A stretch of DNA of 64,000 bases from Burkholderiales bacterium (GTDB taxonomy: Bacteria > Pseudomonadota > Gammaproteobacteria > Burkholderiales > Burkholderiaceae_C). The DNA lies in assembly GCA_038316815.1 (NCBI GenBank), contig JBBQAW010000001.1, positions 2,189 to 66,188 on the forward strand, given 5' to 3'. The position numbers and the translations under genes were made by a program. The notes beneath the pieces were generated by a model. It was given only the letters and a program-made list of their open reading frames with translations. It was not told the origin of the DNA and ran no database searches. This document shows positions 54,136 to 64,000 of the stretch, in pieces; within the stretch, counting starts at the first letter, position 1; each line of letters opens with the position of its first letter.

Positions 54136-56061
54136 TCAGCGACCCGCCAAAGGCGCCGCATTGGCGGCTGCAACAGCCGCTTCGTCTATCTTCAGCTTGT
54201 AGCGGCGCTTCAGTGCCTCTTCGTAGGCGCGCGCTTCGGCGTCACCCCAGACCTGCGCGTACTGTCGGCGCCAGTTGCTGTCTTCGTCGGGCGCCTTTTC
54301 TCGCGGCAGGATTTTGGTCACGCGCAGCAGCACGTAGCCCTGCGGTCCCAGGTCGACGCCCGTCAGCAAAGGCAGCCTGGCCGGGTCGGCAGAAAGCACG
54401 GCGTCCAGCAAGGCCTTGGGCGCGCCCTGGGCCTGGTCACGCGAGACCACAGCCGTCACGGCAGGCGGCTCGGCCAGCGCGGCGGCGGGGGCCTTCTGCA
54501 GTTCGGCCAGCTTGGCCTGGCCTTGCTGCAACGCCAGCGCGGCAGCCTGCTGGTCGACGACACGCTGGCGCACAGCGTCCTTCACTTCGGCCAGTGGCAA
54601 CACGCGCTTGGGGGTGTGCGTCACGACGCGTGCTGCCGTCAACTGGTTGGCGCCCGTGTCGATGGCGTCGGTGTTGCGCTTGCTGTTAATGGCGTCGTTG
54701 CCGAACACTGCGTCAAGCAGCTTGGGTGACGCCAGCGGGCCGGTAGCGCCGGGGGCGCCCGTGCGCTGCACGGTGGCCGTCTGCTTGAGCAGCTTGAGCT
54801 TGTCGATCACAGGTTGCAGGCTGTCCGGCTGTTCATACACGGTGTTCGTGAACTGCTCAGCCGCTTCTGCGTAACGCTTCTGTGCCAGCGACTTGCGAAC
54901 CTCGGCCTCAATCTCTGCACGCACACCTTCGAAAGGCTTGGACTGCCCGCCGCGCGCGCCTTCAAGCTTGATGATGTGATAGCCGAAGTCAGTCTCGACG
55001 AGATTGGCAATCTCGCCTGGCTTCATGGCGAAGGCGACGTCTTCGAAGGGCTTGACCATTGCGCCCTTGCTGAAGAAGTCCAGGTCGCCACCGTTGGCGG
55101 CCGAGCCGGGGTCCTCGGAATTCTTGCGTGCCAGTTCAGCAAATGCGGCAGGCGTCTTGCGCACTTCGGTCAGCAGGGCTTCGGCACGTGCCTTGGCTTT
55201 GGCGCGTTCGTCGGCAGGCATGCTGGTCTCGGCCTTGATCAGGATGTGGCTGGCGCGGCGCTCTTCGGCTTCGGTGTAGCGGCTGCGGTTTTCTTCGTAG
55301 TAGCGGCGCAGGTCTTCCTCGGGTACCGAGACGTCCTTGGCCAGGCCAGCCAGGTCGAGCACGACGTAATCGATCGTCGCTTGTTCGGCAGACGTGAAGC
55401 TGGGTTCGTTGGCCTTGTAGTAGGCCTCGATGTCGGCGTCGCTGGGGTTGATGCCGGCGCGCAGCGCGGCCGGGTCGAAACGCTGGAACTGCACCTCGCG
55501 CCGCTGCAGCAACGGCTCGACTGCGGCAGCAACGGTGGCCTGCGGCGCCAGGCTGCTGCCGGTGATGCCGGCCATCACTTGCTGCATGGCCAGGTCCTGA
55601 CGCAGTCGGGCGGCAAAGCCTTCGCTGCTCAAGCCCTGGGTGGCCAGCAATTCACGGTTGACGCTGCCGTCGGGGTTGCGCAGGTCGGCGAACTGAGGGT
55701 CGCTGACGAACAGGCGCTGCAACCGGGCGTCGGTGGGGGCGAGGTGCTGGTCGCGCGCGGCTGCCAGCATCAGGCGCTGGCGGATCAGCAGGTCCAGCGA
55801 CTCGCGGCGCGCCTGGGGCGTGTCAAGAAGCTTGGCGTCAAGGTCGGGCTGTTGCTGGCGCATGCGTTCGACATTGCGCTGGTGTGCCTGGTCCCATTCG
55901 CCCCGGGTGATGGTTTGGCCATCGAGCTCGGCCACGGTGGCATTGCCGCCCTCGGAGAAGCGGCCGTAACCGTCGATGCCGAAGAAGATGAAGGACGGAA
56001 TGATGAGCAGGAGCACGAACCCCAGCGTCCATCGGGAATATTTGCGGATGAATTCAAACAT
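54136..56061 (-). CDS. ppiD: Peptidyl-prolyl cis-trans isomerase D (SurA N-terminal domain)
   Basis: MFEFIRK, N-terminal TM anchor, parvulin ASHILI...SEDPGSAANGGDLDFF...ETDFGYHII; hupB-tRNA-ppiD synteny. Confidence 0.92.
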   Translation of the reverse strand: MFEFIRKYSRWTLGFVLLLIIPSFIFFGIDGYGRFSEGGNATVAELDGQTITRGEWDQAHQRNVERMRQQQPDLDAKLLDTPQARRESLDLLIRQRLMLAAARDQHLAPTDARLQRLFVSDPQFADLRNPDGSVNRELLATQGLSSEGFAARLRQDLAMQQVMAGITGSSLAPQATVAAAVEPLLQRREVQFQRFDPAALRAGINPSDADIEAYYKANEPSFTSAEQATIDYVVLDLAGLAKDVSVPEEDLRRYYEENRSRYTEAEERRASHILIKAETSMPADERAKAKARAEALLTEVRKTPAAFAELARKNSEDPGSAANGGDLDFFSKGAMVKPFEDVAFAMKPGEIANLVETDFGYHIIKLEGARGGQSKPFEGVRAEIEAEVRKSLAQKRYAEAAEQFTNTVYEQPDSLQPVIDKLKLLKQTATVQRTGAPGATGPLASPKLLDAVFGNDAINSKRNTDAIDTGANQLTAARVVTHTPKRVLPLAEVKDAVRQRVVDQQAAALALQQGQAKLAELQKAPAAALAEPPAVTAVVSRDQAQGAPKALLDAVLSADPARLPLLTGVDLGPQGYVLLRVTKILPREKAPDEDSNWRRQYAQVWGDAEARAYEEALKRRYKLKIDEAAVAAANAAPLAGR

Positions 56062-56262
56062 CGGGGCGGGCCTGATCCGGTCGTCGGGGGGCGAAAGTGG
56101 GGTGCGAAGGCCGCGCGTTCATGGCGCGTTCTTGCGCGGGGTTGGCACGTCTATGGGCCGTTGCCGATGCCCTGCCAGTTCAGCACGCGGCAGCGACAAG
56201 GTTGGCCGTGGCTTGCCGTGGGTTGCTGTGGCACATAGGTCGCTGACGAGACCTTCTCGTGC

Positions 56263-56310
56263 AACGAACCAACAAACGAACCGACAAACGAACCACTAAA
56301 CGGAACACCG
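56263..56310. repeat. 12-bp tandem repeat AACGAACCAACA-like (about 3-4 units)
   Basis: Read directly from the sequence. Confidence 0.7.
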
Positions 56311-56327
56311 AATTCTATCCGGGGTGG

Positions 56328-56403
56328 TGGTGGGTGCTGACGGGCTCGAACCGCCGACCTACGCCTTGTAAGGGCGCCGCTCTACCAACTGAGCTAAGCA
56401 CCC
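56328..56403 (-). tRNA. tRNA-Val (UAC)
   Basis: GGGTGCTTAGCTCAGTTGGTAGAGCGGCGCCCTTACAAGGCGTAGGTCGGCGGTTCGAGCCCGTCAGCACCCACCA. Confidence 0.97.
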
Positions 56404-56437
56404 GGATGCCTGGCAGCCATGGCGGGCTGCCCAACTT

Positions 56438-56719
56438 TCACTTTACGCCGTTGAGCGCGTCTTTCAAACCCTTGCCAGGGCGAAACTTCGGCACTTTGGA
56501 AGCCTTGATCTTGATGGCCGTGCCGGTCCGCGGGTTGCGGCCGGTACGCGCCTTGCGCTTGGTCACGGCGAAGGTACCAAAGCCGGTGATCGTGACGCTG
56601 TCACCTTTTTTGAGCGAAGTTTTCACCGCACCAATGACGGCCTCCAGCGAACGCGTGGCAGCGGCTTTGGAGATGTCGGCCTGGTGGGCGATGACTTCAA
56701 TCAGTTCACTCTTATTCAC
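56438..56719 (-). CDS. hupB: DNA-binding protein HU
   Basis: [22 protein letters not shown] and [12 protein letters not shown]. Confidence 0.95.
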   Translation of the reverse strand: MNKSELIEVIAHQADISKAAATRSLEAVIGAVKTSLKKGDSVTITGFGTFAVTKRKARTGRNPRTGTAIKIKASKVPKFRPGKGLKDALNGVK

Positions 56720-56868
56720 GTGGTATCCCCTCGTCGGATCGTGGGTTGGGCAGGCAAGCCCGAACGCGCGATTCTAGGGCCTCGATCATGCGCTGCGGCA
56801 CGGTATGGGGCCCGGGCTGGACTGCGGGATGAGGGAGCTTTCACGCTTGACAGCCGCCCTTGGTCGCC

Positions 56869-57792
56869 TTAAGGGGCCGGCGGTCGTGGTGCCCGCACAA
56901 CCAGCCAGACACCCAAAGCCGTCAGCGCAAGACCGGCCAGCACAGCCGCAGTCAATTGCTCATCGAACAGCCACCAGGCCAGCACGGCGGTGCACGGCGG
57001 AACCAGATACATGAGGCTGCTGACGCTGGTGGCCGCGCCACGCTGCACCAGCAGATACAGCAGCGAACTGCCGCCCAGCGTCAGCACCAGCACCGACCAG
57101 ACCATCGCGCCCAGAAGTTCAGGATGCAGGTCGATGCTGCCGGGCTCCAGCAAGGCCAGCGGAAGTGTCACGGCCAGCGCCGCCAGCAGCTGCACCGTGC
57201 TGGCCGTGCGCACATCGCAAGGCGCAAGAAAACGCTTTTGATACAGCGTGCCTGCGGTGATGGCCAGCAGTGCCAGCAGCGCGCAGGCCAGGTTGAACGC
57301 TGTGACTTCGCCCAAGCCCAGCTTGCGGCCCACCACCAACAGCAGACCGACCAGACCCAGCGCCAGGCCCAGCCATTGGCGTGCGCCCAGTTTCTGGCTC
57401 TCGTCGCGCCGCAGAACCGAAGCCACCCACACGGCCGTCAAGACCGGCTGCAGACCGACGATGAGAGAAACCGTGCCAGCGCCGATGCCAGCGCGCACAG
57501 CCGCCCACACCCCACCCAGATAGCCCGCATGAATGCACACCCCCACGACAGCCAGGTGCAGCCACTGCATGCGCGTGCTCGGCCAGGCCGCCCCTGCCCA
57601 GCGCACCCACAGCAGGAAGGCCAGGATCGAAAAACCGTAGCGCCAGGCCAAGAACGTGAAGGGCGGCGCATGCGGCATGGCAAAACGCGCAACCACGAAG
57701 CCGGTGCTCCAGATGAGCACGAAGACCACGGGCATGGCCTGCAGCCAGGCGTCCTGGCGGCTGTGCGCTGCGGTGGCGCCGCCGCCGCTCAT
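56869..57792 (-). CDS. DMT/EamA family transporter
   Basis: FVLIWSTGF, about 10 TM helices, LQPVLT and SSLMYLVPP. Confidence 0.9.
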   Translation of the reverse strand: MSGGGATAAHSRQDAWLQAMPVVFVLIWSTGFVVARFAMPHAPPFTFLAWRYGFSILAFLLWVRWAGAAWPSTRMQWLHLAVVGVCIHAGYLGGVWAAVRAGIGAGTVSLIVGLQPVLTAVWVASVLRRDESQKLGARQWLGLALGLVGLLLVVGRKLGLGEVTAFNLACALLALLAITAGTLYQKRFLAPCDVRTASTVQLLAALAVTLPLALLEPGSIDLHPELLGAMVWSVLVLTLGGSSLLYLLVQRGAATSVSSLMYLVPPCTAVLAWWLFDEQLTAAVLAGLALTALGVWLVVRAPRPPAP

Positions 57793-57796
57793 CGCT

Positions 57797-58363
57797 TCAT
57801 CGGGCCTTGGCCCGAATCTCTGGAATGGCCTTGCGCAGGTAGTAAACCATCGACCAGACCGTCAGCCCAGCCGCCACCCACATCAGCCCGGTTCCCCAGG
57901 GCCGGGTATGGACCAGCCCGAACACCACGCCATCAAACAGCAGGAACGGAATGGCAACCATCTGCGACACCGTCTTGAGTTTGCCCAGCATGTGCACGGC
58001 CACGCTGCGCGAAGCGCCAATCTGCGCCATCCACTCGCGCAGCGCGCTGATGGCAATCTCGCGCCCGATGATGATCAGGGCCACCAGCGAATCGACACGC
58101 CCCTGCTCCAGCAGCACCAGCAGGCTAGCGCAGATGAGTATCTTGTCGGCCACCGGGTCCAGGAAGGCGCCGAAGGCCGAGGTCTGGTTGAGCTTGCGCG
58201 CCAGCCAGCCGTCCAGCCAGTCGGTGGCCGCAAACAGCACGAACATCGCGGTCGCAATCTGGTTGCGGTGCTCGGCCGTGATGGGCAGATAGAACACCCC
58301 GACGATGAGTGGGATTGCAGCGATGCGCGCCCAGGTCAGCAGTGTCGGAATGGTCAGGAACAT
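57797..58363 (-). CDS. pgsA: CDP-diacylglycerol--glycerol-3-phosphate 3-phosphatidyltransferase
   Basis: TDWLDGWLARKLNQTSAFGAFLDPVADK signature; uvrC-pgsA synteny. Confidence 0.95.
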   Translation of the reverse strand: MFLTIPTLLTWARIAAIPLIVGVFYLPITAEHRNQIATAMFVLFAATDWLDGWLARKLNQTSAFGAFLDPVADKILICASLLVLLEQGRVDSLVALIIIGREIAISALREWMAQIGASRSVAVHMLGKLKTVSQMVAIPFLLFDGVVFGLVHTRPWGTGLMWVAAGLTVWSMVYYLRKAIPEIRAKAR

Positions 58364-58412
58364 CGACTGATTGTGCGCGTTGCGTCCCGCCAGCATCCTG
58401 GCAGGGCATGCT

Positions 58413-58952
58413 TCACTCCAGGTCCAGCGTGCGCGGCTTGAAGCGCAGCTCGTCGTTGAAGAGGAAAGCCTCCACCACCTTCCAGGGTCGCGGCAGACGC
58501 GTCACGTTGCCGTAGGGCGCAGCACGGCGCACCGCAGCGATGGCCAGCTGGGTGGCTTCGTTGCCCGTGCTGGGGTGGCGCAGCACTTCGATGCGGCGCA
58601 CGCTGCCGTCGGCGTTGAGTTCGATCTCCAGCACCGGTATGGCCATGAGCCGGCCGGGTGCGCGCGTCTGGTAGGTGCCGTCCGGGTGCGCGTCGACGAG
58701 ACGGCGCGCCAGCTGCGCTTCCAGTTCCAGGCGATTGCGCAGCGGCGGCGGCGCCGGCAGTTGCACATAGCGCTGCGCTGCCTTAGCGGGGGCGGGGACC
58801 GAACCCAGCGCCACCGCTGGCGCCCCGGGAACCGTTGCCCGTGCCGGTTCTGGCCCCAGTGGCTGCGTTGCGCAGCCTGCCAGCCCCACGGTGGCGGACA
58901 GCAGGGCCAGCCACGCCAGGCGCCGTGGGCGGGATGCTTCAGTGAAGGGCAC
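58413..58952 (-). CDS. Lipoprotein with TonB C-terminal-like domain
   Basis: Lipobox LAGC; [19 protein letters not shown]...[11 protein letters not shown]; start approximate (GTG overlapping the uvrC end). Confidence 0.65.
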   Translation of the reverse strand: MPFTEASRPRRLAWLALLSATVGLAGCATQPLGPEPARATVPGAPAVALGSVPAPAKAAQRYVQLPAPPPLRNRLELEAQLARRLVDAHPDGTYQTRAPGRLMAIPVLEIELNADGSVRRIEVLRHPSTGNEATQLAIAAVRRAAPYGNVTRLPRPWKVVEAFLFNDELRFKPRTLDLE

Positions 58953-61155
58953 GGTAAATCTCCTCGGCCAGGTCTTTTGATATGCCTTCAACGCTGGCCA
59001 GGTCGTCGACACCCGCATTCGCCACGCCGCGCACGCCACCAAAGCGCTGCAGCAGCCGCGCACGCTTGCGCGGGCCGACGCCGGGAATGTCTTCCAGCCG
59101 GCTGCCGCCGGTGCGCACGCTGGCACGCTTGGCGCGCATGCCGGTGATGGCGAATCGGTGCGCCTCGTCGCGAATTTGGGCCACCAACATCAAGGCGGCG
59201 GAATCGTGCCCCAGGTAGGCCTTCTCACGGCCGTCGGCAAAAACCAGCTCTTCCAGGCCGACCTTGCGGCCCTGGCCCTTTTCAACGCCGACGATGAGCG
59301 ACAGGTCCAGCCCCAGTTCATTGAACACCTCACGCGCTATCGACACCTGGCCGCGCCCGCCGTCCACCAACACCAGGTCGGGCAGGCGGGCCAGGCCACG
59401 CTTGCGCGCGGGCGCCTTCGCGGCGGGTGATGGTTTTTCTTCAGGCGGTCTTTCCTCAGGCGGTCTTTCTTCAGGCGATTCGTCTTCAGGCGCGACGACA
59501 GCAGGCTCGGCCTCGTCCTGTCGGCCATGGGCTACGGCCTCGGCCAGGCGGGCGTAGCGCCGCGTCAGCACCTGGCGCATGGCGGCGTAGTCGTCGCCGC
59601 CGGTGATGCCGTCGATGTTGAAGCGCCGGTACTGCGCGCTCTGCATGGCGTGGCCTTCAAACACGACGCAAGACGCCTGCGTGGCTTCACCAGCGGTGTG
59701 GCTGATGTCGAAGCACTCGATGCGCAGCTGCGCCGGGTCTTCCATGTCCAGTTCCAGCGCCTCGATCAAGGCGCGGGTGCGCTGCTGCTGCGAACCCTCC
59801 TCGGCCAGCAAACGCGCCAGCGACAGTTCTGCCCCCTTGGCGGCCATCTCCAGCCAGACACGTTTCTGTTCCCGCGGTTGGTGCGCGGCGCGCACCTTCA
59901 CGCCTGCGGCCTCACCCAGCGCGTCCAGCAGCTCGGGGCTGACGCGGTGGCTCGTCACGAGTTGCGAAGGCACGATCTGCCCGATGTAGTGCTGGGCGAT
60001 GAAGGCCTCGAGCACCGCCACTTCGGGCGAATGCTGGACCCATTGACCATCGGACGGGCCGGCGATGTCTTCCTCGGCCCGTTCGTTGAAGGCTTGCTCG
60101 CTGAGCGCTGCGCCGTCGTCCACATGGGCCGGGAAATAGGCGCGATCACCCAGGTGCCGGCTGCCCCGCACCATGGCCAGGTTGACGCAGGCGCGGCCAC
60201 CGCCCACCTTCACGGCCAGGATGTCGACATCGCGGTCGGCCGCCGACAGGCTGTTGGCCTCCACCGACTGCTGGTGCAGCACTCGCGACAAGGAACCAAT
60301 TCGGTCGCGCACCTTGGCCGCCTCTTCGAAGTCCAGAGCCTCGGCAAAGGCCATCATCTGCGCCTGCAGGTCTTCAATCACGGCCTGCGCGTCGCCAAGC
60401 AGAAAGCGTTCTGCATCACGCACGTCGCGGGCGTAGTCGGTGGCGCTGATGAGGTTCACGCAGGGGCCCGAGCAACGCTGAATCTGGTACAGCAAACACG
60501 GCCTGGAACGGTGGTTGAAGACCGTGTCTTCGCAGGTGCGCAGGCGAAAGACCTTCTGCACCAGCTGGATGGTCTGCTTCACGGCCCAGGCGTTGGGATA
60601 AGGGCCGAAGTAGCGGTGCCTGCGGTCCACCGCGCCGCGAAAGTAGGCCAGGCGCGCAAAGCGCTGCGCGGCAGTGGCAGCCACCTTGTCGGTGTCGGGT
60701 GTGCCGGTCAACTTCAGGTAGGGGTAGCTCTTGTCGTCGCGAAACAAGATGTTGAACTTGGGGTTCAAGGTCTTGATCAGATTGTTTTCCAGCAGCAAGG
60801 CTTCGGCTTCGCTGCGCACGACGGTGGTTTCCAGCTTCGCGATGCGGCCGACCATGTGGCCAATGCGCGTGCCGCCATGATCTTTCTGCAAATAGCTGCT
60901 GACGCGCTTCTTCAGGTTGCGCGCCTTGCCGACGTAAAGCACCCCGCCCTGCGCGTCCAGCCAACGGTAGACGCCAGGCAGGCTGGGCAGTGCCGCGACT
61001 TCGGCCAGCAGGCGGGTGCGGGCGTCTGCACGGGCGTCGTTGCGGGCGTCGTTGCGGGCGTCATTACGGCCACCTTCGCGGCCGTCATCACGGGCGCCTT
61101 CAGGCTCGCCTGGGGTCGGGGGTGGGGTCGGGGGTTCGGTGGCAGGGTCGGTCAT
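58939..61155 (-). CDS. uvrC: Excinuclease ABC subunit C
   Basis: GIY-YIG PGVYRW...[46 protein letters not shown] and HhH GVGPRKR. Confidence 0.96.
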   Translation of the reverse strand: MTDPATEPPTPPPTPGEPEGARDDGREGGRNDARNDARNDARADARTRLLAEVAALPSLPGVYRWLDAQGGVLYVGKARNLKKRVSSYLQKDHGGTRIGHMVGRIAKLETTVVRSEAEALLLENNLIKTLNPKFNILFRDDKSYPYLKLTGTPDTDKVAATAAQRFARLAYFRGAVDRRHRYFGPYPNAWAVKQTIQLVQKVFRLRTCEDTVFNHRSRPCLLYQIQRCSGPCVNLISATDYARDVRDAERFLLGDAQAVIEDLQAQMMAFAEALDFEEAAKVRDRIGSLSRVLHQQSVEANSLSAADRDVDILAVKVGGGRACVNLAMVRGSRHLGDRAYFPAHVDDGAALSEQAFNERAEEDIAGPSDGQWVQHSPEVAVLEAFIAQHYIGQIVPSQLVTSHRVSPELLDALGEAAGVKVRAAHQPREQKRVWLEMAAKGAELSLARLLAEEGSQQQRTRALIEALELDMEDPAQLRIECFDISHTAGEATQASCVVFEGHAMQSAQYRRFNIDGITGGDDYAAMRQVLTRRYARLAEAVAHGRQDEAEPAVVAPEDESPEERPPEERPPEEKPSPAAKAPARKRGLARLPDLVLVDGGRGQVSIAREVFNELGLDLSLIVGVEKGQGRKVGLEELVFADGREKAYLGHDSAALMLVAQIRDEAHRFAITGMRAKRASVRTGGSRLEDIPGVGPRKRARLLQRFGGVRGVANAGVDDLASVEGISKDLAEEIYRALH

Positions 61156-61190
61156 CGGGTTCGCATTTTGCCGGCTTCGATAATCCTTGG

Positions 61191-62258
61191 ATGCCAACCG
61201 ACGCCTCCGCACCGCCGCCAACCTGGGACATCTGGTGCCGGGTCATCGACAACCATGGCGACCTGGGCGTGTGCTGGCGCCTGGCCCGCGACCTGGCAGC
61301 AAGAGGGGCGCACGCGCGGCTGTACGTCAACGACGCCTCCGCCCTGGCCTGGATGGCGCCTGCCGGCGAGGCGGGTGTCACGGTGCTGCCCTGGCACGCG
61401 CAGGGCCCCTGGCCCGAGGCCGGCGACGTCGTCATCGAAGCCTTCGGCTGCGACCCGCCGGCGGCTGTGGTGGCAGCCATGTCGCAACGCGAACGCCCGC
61501 CCGTCTGGCTGAACCTGGAATACCTGAGCGCTGAGCCCTATGTCGAACGCTCGCACCGTCTGCCCTCGCCCCAACCCGGCGGCTTGACCAAGTGGTTCTT
61601 CTATCCGGGCTTCACATCCCGCACCGGCGGGCTGCTGCGCGAAGCAGGCTTGCTGGCCCAGCGTGCCGCCTTCGATGGCGACGCCTGGCTGGCGCGGCAA
61701 GGCTGGGCTCGGCAACCCGGTGAACGTGTCGTCAGCCTGTTCTGCTACGACAACCCGGCCCTGCCAGGCCTTCTGCAGCGACTGGCAGAGCAACCCACCC
61801 TGCTGCTGACCACACCCGGGCCGGCGCAGCGCGCGCTGGCCGCCGCCTGCCAGGCAGGCCCGCTGCCAGCCGCACTGCGCGTACTGGCCCTGCCCTGGCT
61901 GGCACAGCCAGACTACGACCGGTTGCTCTGGGCATGCGACTTGAACTTCGTGCGCGGCGAAGATTCCCTAGTGCGCGCGCTGTGGGCCGGTACGCCTTTC
62001 GTCTGGCACCTCTACCCGCAGCACGACGGCGCCCATGCCGCCAAGCTGCAGGCCCTGCTGCAGCAAATGCAGGCGCCAGCCGATGTTGCCGCCTGGGTCT
62101 GGGCCTGGAATGGCCTGGGTCGCCAGCCCGACGTGCTGCCGGAATGGCCCGCCAACCCAGGCTGGCTGCTGGCTTGCCAAGCCTGGCAGCAGCAACTGGC
62201 AGCGCAGGACGACCTCGTCACGCAGTTGCTGGCATTCGTGAACAGCCAAGCACGCTGA
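61191..62258 (+). CDS. earP: EF-P arginine rhamnosyltransferase
   Basis: [42 protein letters not shown] and NFVRGEDS; upstream of efp. Confidence 0.95.
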   Translation: MPTDASAPPPTWDIWCRVIDNHGDLGVCWRLARDLAARGAHARLYVNDASALAWMAPAGEAGVTVLPWHAQGPWPEAGDVVIEAFGCDPPAAVVAAMSQRERPPVWLNLEYLSAEPYVERSHRLPSPQPGGLTKWFFYPGFTSRTGGLLREAGLLAQRAAFDGDAWLARQGWARQPGERVVSLFCYDNPALPGLLQRLAEQPTLLLTTPGPAQRALAAACQAGPLPAALRVLALPWLAQPDYDRLLWACDLNFVRGEDSLVRALWAGTPFVWHLYPQHDGAHAAKLQALLQQMQAPADVAAWVWAWNGLGRQPDVLPEWPANPGWLLACQAWQQQLAAQDDLVTQLLAFVNSQAR

Positions 62259-62456
62259 TCGTCGTTGATCGTGGATGCAGGTCGGTGAGGGGGCCGCCAG
62301 GAAGCATATTCAGAGCAGCCCCGCTGCTAGAATCATGGGCTTTGCGCGCGATCCACCTGTTGTAACGCTTCGGCAAACGCAGCGCAGCTTCCCCCAACAC
62401 ATCACCCCCACCCGGGCACGCGCCAGCCAGGCCGCCGGGGCCCACGGAATACAGCC

Positions 62457-63011
62457 ATGAAACTCGCTCAGGAAATTCGCGCCGGCAACGTCATCATGCA
62501 GGGCAAAGACCCGATGGTCGTGCTGAAGACGGAATACAGCCGTGGCGGCCGCGGCGCGGCCACCGTGCGCATCAAGATGAAAAGCCTGCTGTCGGGCTTC
62601 GGTGCTGAAACGGTGTTCAAGGCCGACGACAAGATGGACCAGATCATCCTGGACAAGAAGGACTGCACCTTCTCGTACTTCGCCGACCCGATGTATGTCT
62701 TCATGGACGAGGAATACAACCAGTTCGACATCGAAGCCGAAAACATGGGTGACGCCATCAACTATCTGGAAGACGGCATGACGGTGGAAGTGGTGTTCTA
62801 CGACGGCAAGGCCATCAGCGTCGAACTGCCCACCACCGTGGCGCGCCAGATCGAAACCGACCCTGCCGTCAAGGGCGACACCTCGGGCAAGGTCATGAAG
62901 CCGGCGAAGATCGTCGGTACGGGCTTCGTCATCAACGTGCCGATCTTTGTCGAAAACGGCGACAAGATCGAAATCGACACCCGCACGCACGAATACAAAA
63001 AACGCGTCTGA
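62457..63011 (+). CDS. efp: Translation elongation factor P (Arg32 type)
   Basis: [12 protein letters not shown] loop, PAVKGDTSG and IDTRTHEY. Confidence 0.97.
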   Translation: MKLAQEIRAGNVIMQGKDPMVVLKTEYSRGGRGAATVRIKMKSLLSGFGAETVFKADDKMDQIILDKKDCTFSYFADPMYVFMDEEYNQFDIEAENMGDAINYLEDGMTVEVVFYDGKAISVELPTTVARQIETDPAVKGDTSGKVMKPAKIVGTGFVINVPIFVENGDKIEIDTRTHEYKKRV

Positions 63012-63029
63012 GCTCCGTTTTCGACGCGC

Positions 63030-63056
63030 AAGGGGCACCCCGCGGGGTGCCTTTTT
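63030..63056 (+). terminator. Rho-independent terminator after efp
   Basis: GGCACCC-CGCG-GGGTGCC hairpin followed by TTTTT. Confidence 0.85.
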
Positions 63057-63101
63057 CGTGGCTTCGGCTTGAGTGGGCATCCTTCGGCATCATCGGGCGC
63101 C

Positions 63102-64000
63102 ATGAGCTTTGACTTCGACGCCGCCGTTGGCGCCCCTTTCCGCATGCAGCCCGGGCTGCGCCGGCTCGCGCCCGGGGCGCGGCAGCTCAGCCCGGCCGGG
63201 CCGGGTTCGCGCCATCAGCGCGAAAAGCTGGCCGTGCTAGGCGCCATTTTCGGGCACGCCCTGCAAGCCGCTCCCGGCTTCGACCCCCAGCCCGCGCTGC
63301 ATGCCCTGGCCGCACACGCCGCGGCAGAGCACCCACAGCACTGGCAATGGGACGGCGCCACCGCCACCGCCCTGGGCGTTGCCTTGCACGCCGGCCAGGT
63401 GCAGCGCCTGGCCGGCGGCAGCTTCGGCATGGGCGACGAAATCAGCCGCTGCCTGGCCGGCCTGCCGCCGCCCTGGCGCCTGGCCGGCCTGCTGAGCCTG
63501 GCCTTCGAGGAAGACTTCGCCATCGTCGACGCCGCAGGCCCCGGCCCGGCCACCCTGCCCTGGTTGGCGGTGGCGCTGCCGTCGCACTGGGCGCCGCGCG
63601 ACAAGTGCGGGCTGCCCTTCACCGCAGCGCACGCCCCGGTGGCCGACAACGCCTTGCTGATGCAAGCCGCCGATGGGCTGATGCGCCTGGTCACCGGCCC
63701 CGAGCGCTGGGAGCGCTTCGTCTGGAACGTCACCGCCCATCCGCGCCTGCACGCCCATCCGGACCATGTCGCCAGCGACCGCTGGCAGGGCCGTTTCGAC
63801 CCCGCCCAGGCCTGGTGGCGCACCGAACGCCAAACCTTCATTCCGCTGCCGGCCTTGCGCCAAGCCGTCTTCACCATCGGTGTGCAGGTGCAGCCGCTGG
63901 GCCAGGCCCTGCTGCCCGCGCAAGCTGCGCAACTGCACGCCGCGGTAGCCAGCATGAGCGACGCCGTGCTGGCCTACCGCAGCCTGACTGCCGTGCGCCA
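63102..64000 (+). CDS. DUF3445 / heme-dependent oxidative N-demethylase alpha-like protein (runs off the window edge)
   Basis: Manual translation: MSFDFDAAVGAPFRMQPGLRRL...LAFEEDFAIVD...LPSHWAPRDK...HAPVADN...WERFVW...WWRTERQTF...AVFTI. Confidence 0.75.
   Translation, partial: MSFDFDAAVGAPFRMQPGLRRLAPGARQLSPAGPGSRHQREKLAVLGAIFGHALQAAPGFDPQPALHALAAHAAAEHPQHWQWDGATATALGVALHAGQVQRLAGGSFGMGDEISRCLAGLPPPWRLAGLLSLAFEEDFAIVDAAGPGPATLPWLAVALPSHWAPRDKCGLPFTAAHAPVADNALLMQAADGLMRLVTGPERWERFVWNVTAHPRLHAHPDHVASDRWQGRFDPAQAWWRTERQTFIPLPALRQAVFTIGVQVQPLGQALLPAQAAQLHAAVASMSDAVLAYRSLTAVR

Noticed and set aside
61191-63011. earP-efp rhamnosylation system as a novelty
   Set aside because: A well-described system that is expected in Betaproteobacteria.
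1-64000. Prophage, IS elements, defence systems, riboswitches, rRNA
   Set aside because: No integrase, transposase, phage or defence motifs recognised; structured RNAs other than two tRNAs could not be supported by eye.

Overview
GC-rich betaproteobacterial chromosome segment (Burkholderiales, probably Rubrivivax/Ideonella-like; inferred from gene content) with four blocks. (1) 1-4030: cbpA-like DnaJ gene, SOUL heme protein, SDR and aldehyde dehydrogenase. (2) 4057-34761: an organosulfonate catabolic region with tauXY-like, sauST-like, Bug, two IclR regulators, a CobS/CobT-like AAA+/vWA pair, xsc-ackA-soeABC-SulP, TauE, a NitT/TauT ABC transporter, a three-subunit biotin-dependent carboxylase, a BKACE enzyme and an IseJ-like GMC oxidoreductase. 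(3) 35400-53800: a partly decaying stress module with two atypical Crp/Fnr paralogs, a degenerate Dps, FMN reductase, DUF4398/OmpA, cyclic beta-1,2-glucan synthase and csbD. (4) 53939-64000: core genes tRNA-His, ppiD, tRNA-Val, hupB, DMT, pgsA, uvrC, earP, efp and DUF3445. The most interesting signals are a recurring palindrome TGTnCG-N4-CGnACA in front of the stress genes (candidate regulon of the Crp/Fnr paralogs); a carboxylase/BKACE divergon that shares an operator-like motif with the sau and xsc operons and could produce sulfoacetyl-CoA from a sulfonated methyl ketone; an orphan AAA+/vWA pair tied to xsc; and pervasive 9-15 bp tandem micro-duplications. All product calls come from motif recognition by eye, not database searches.
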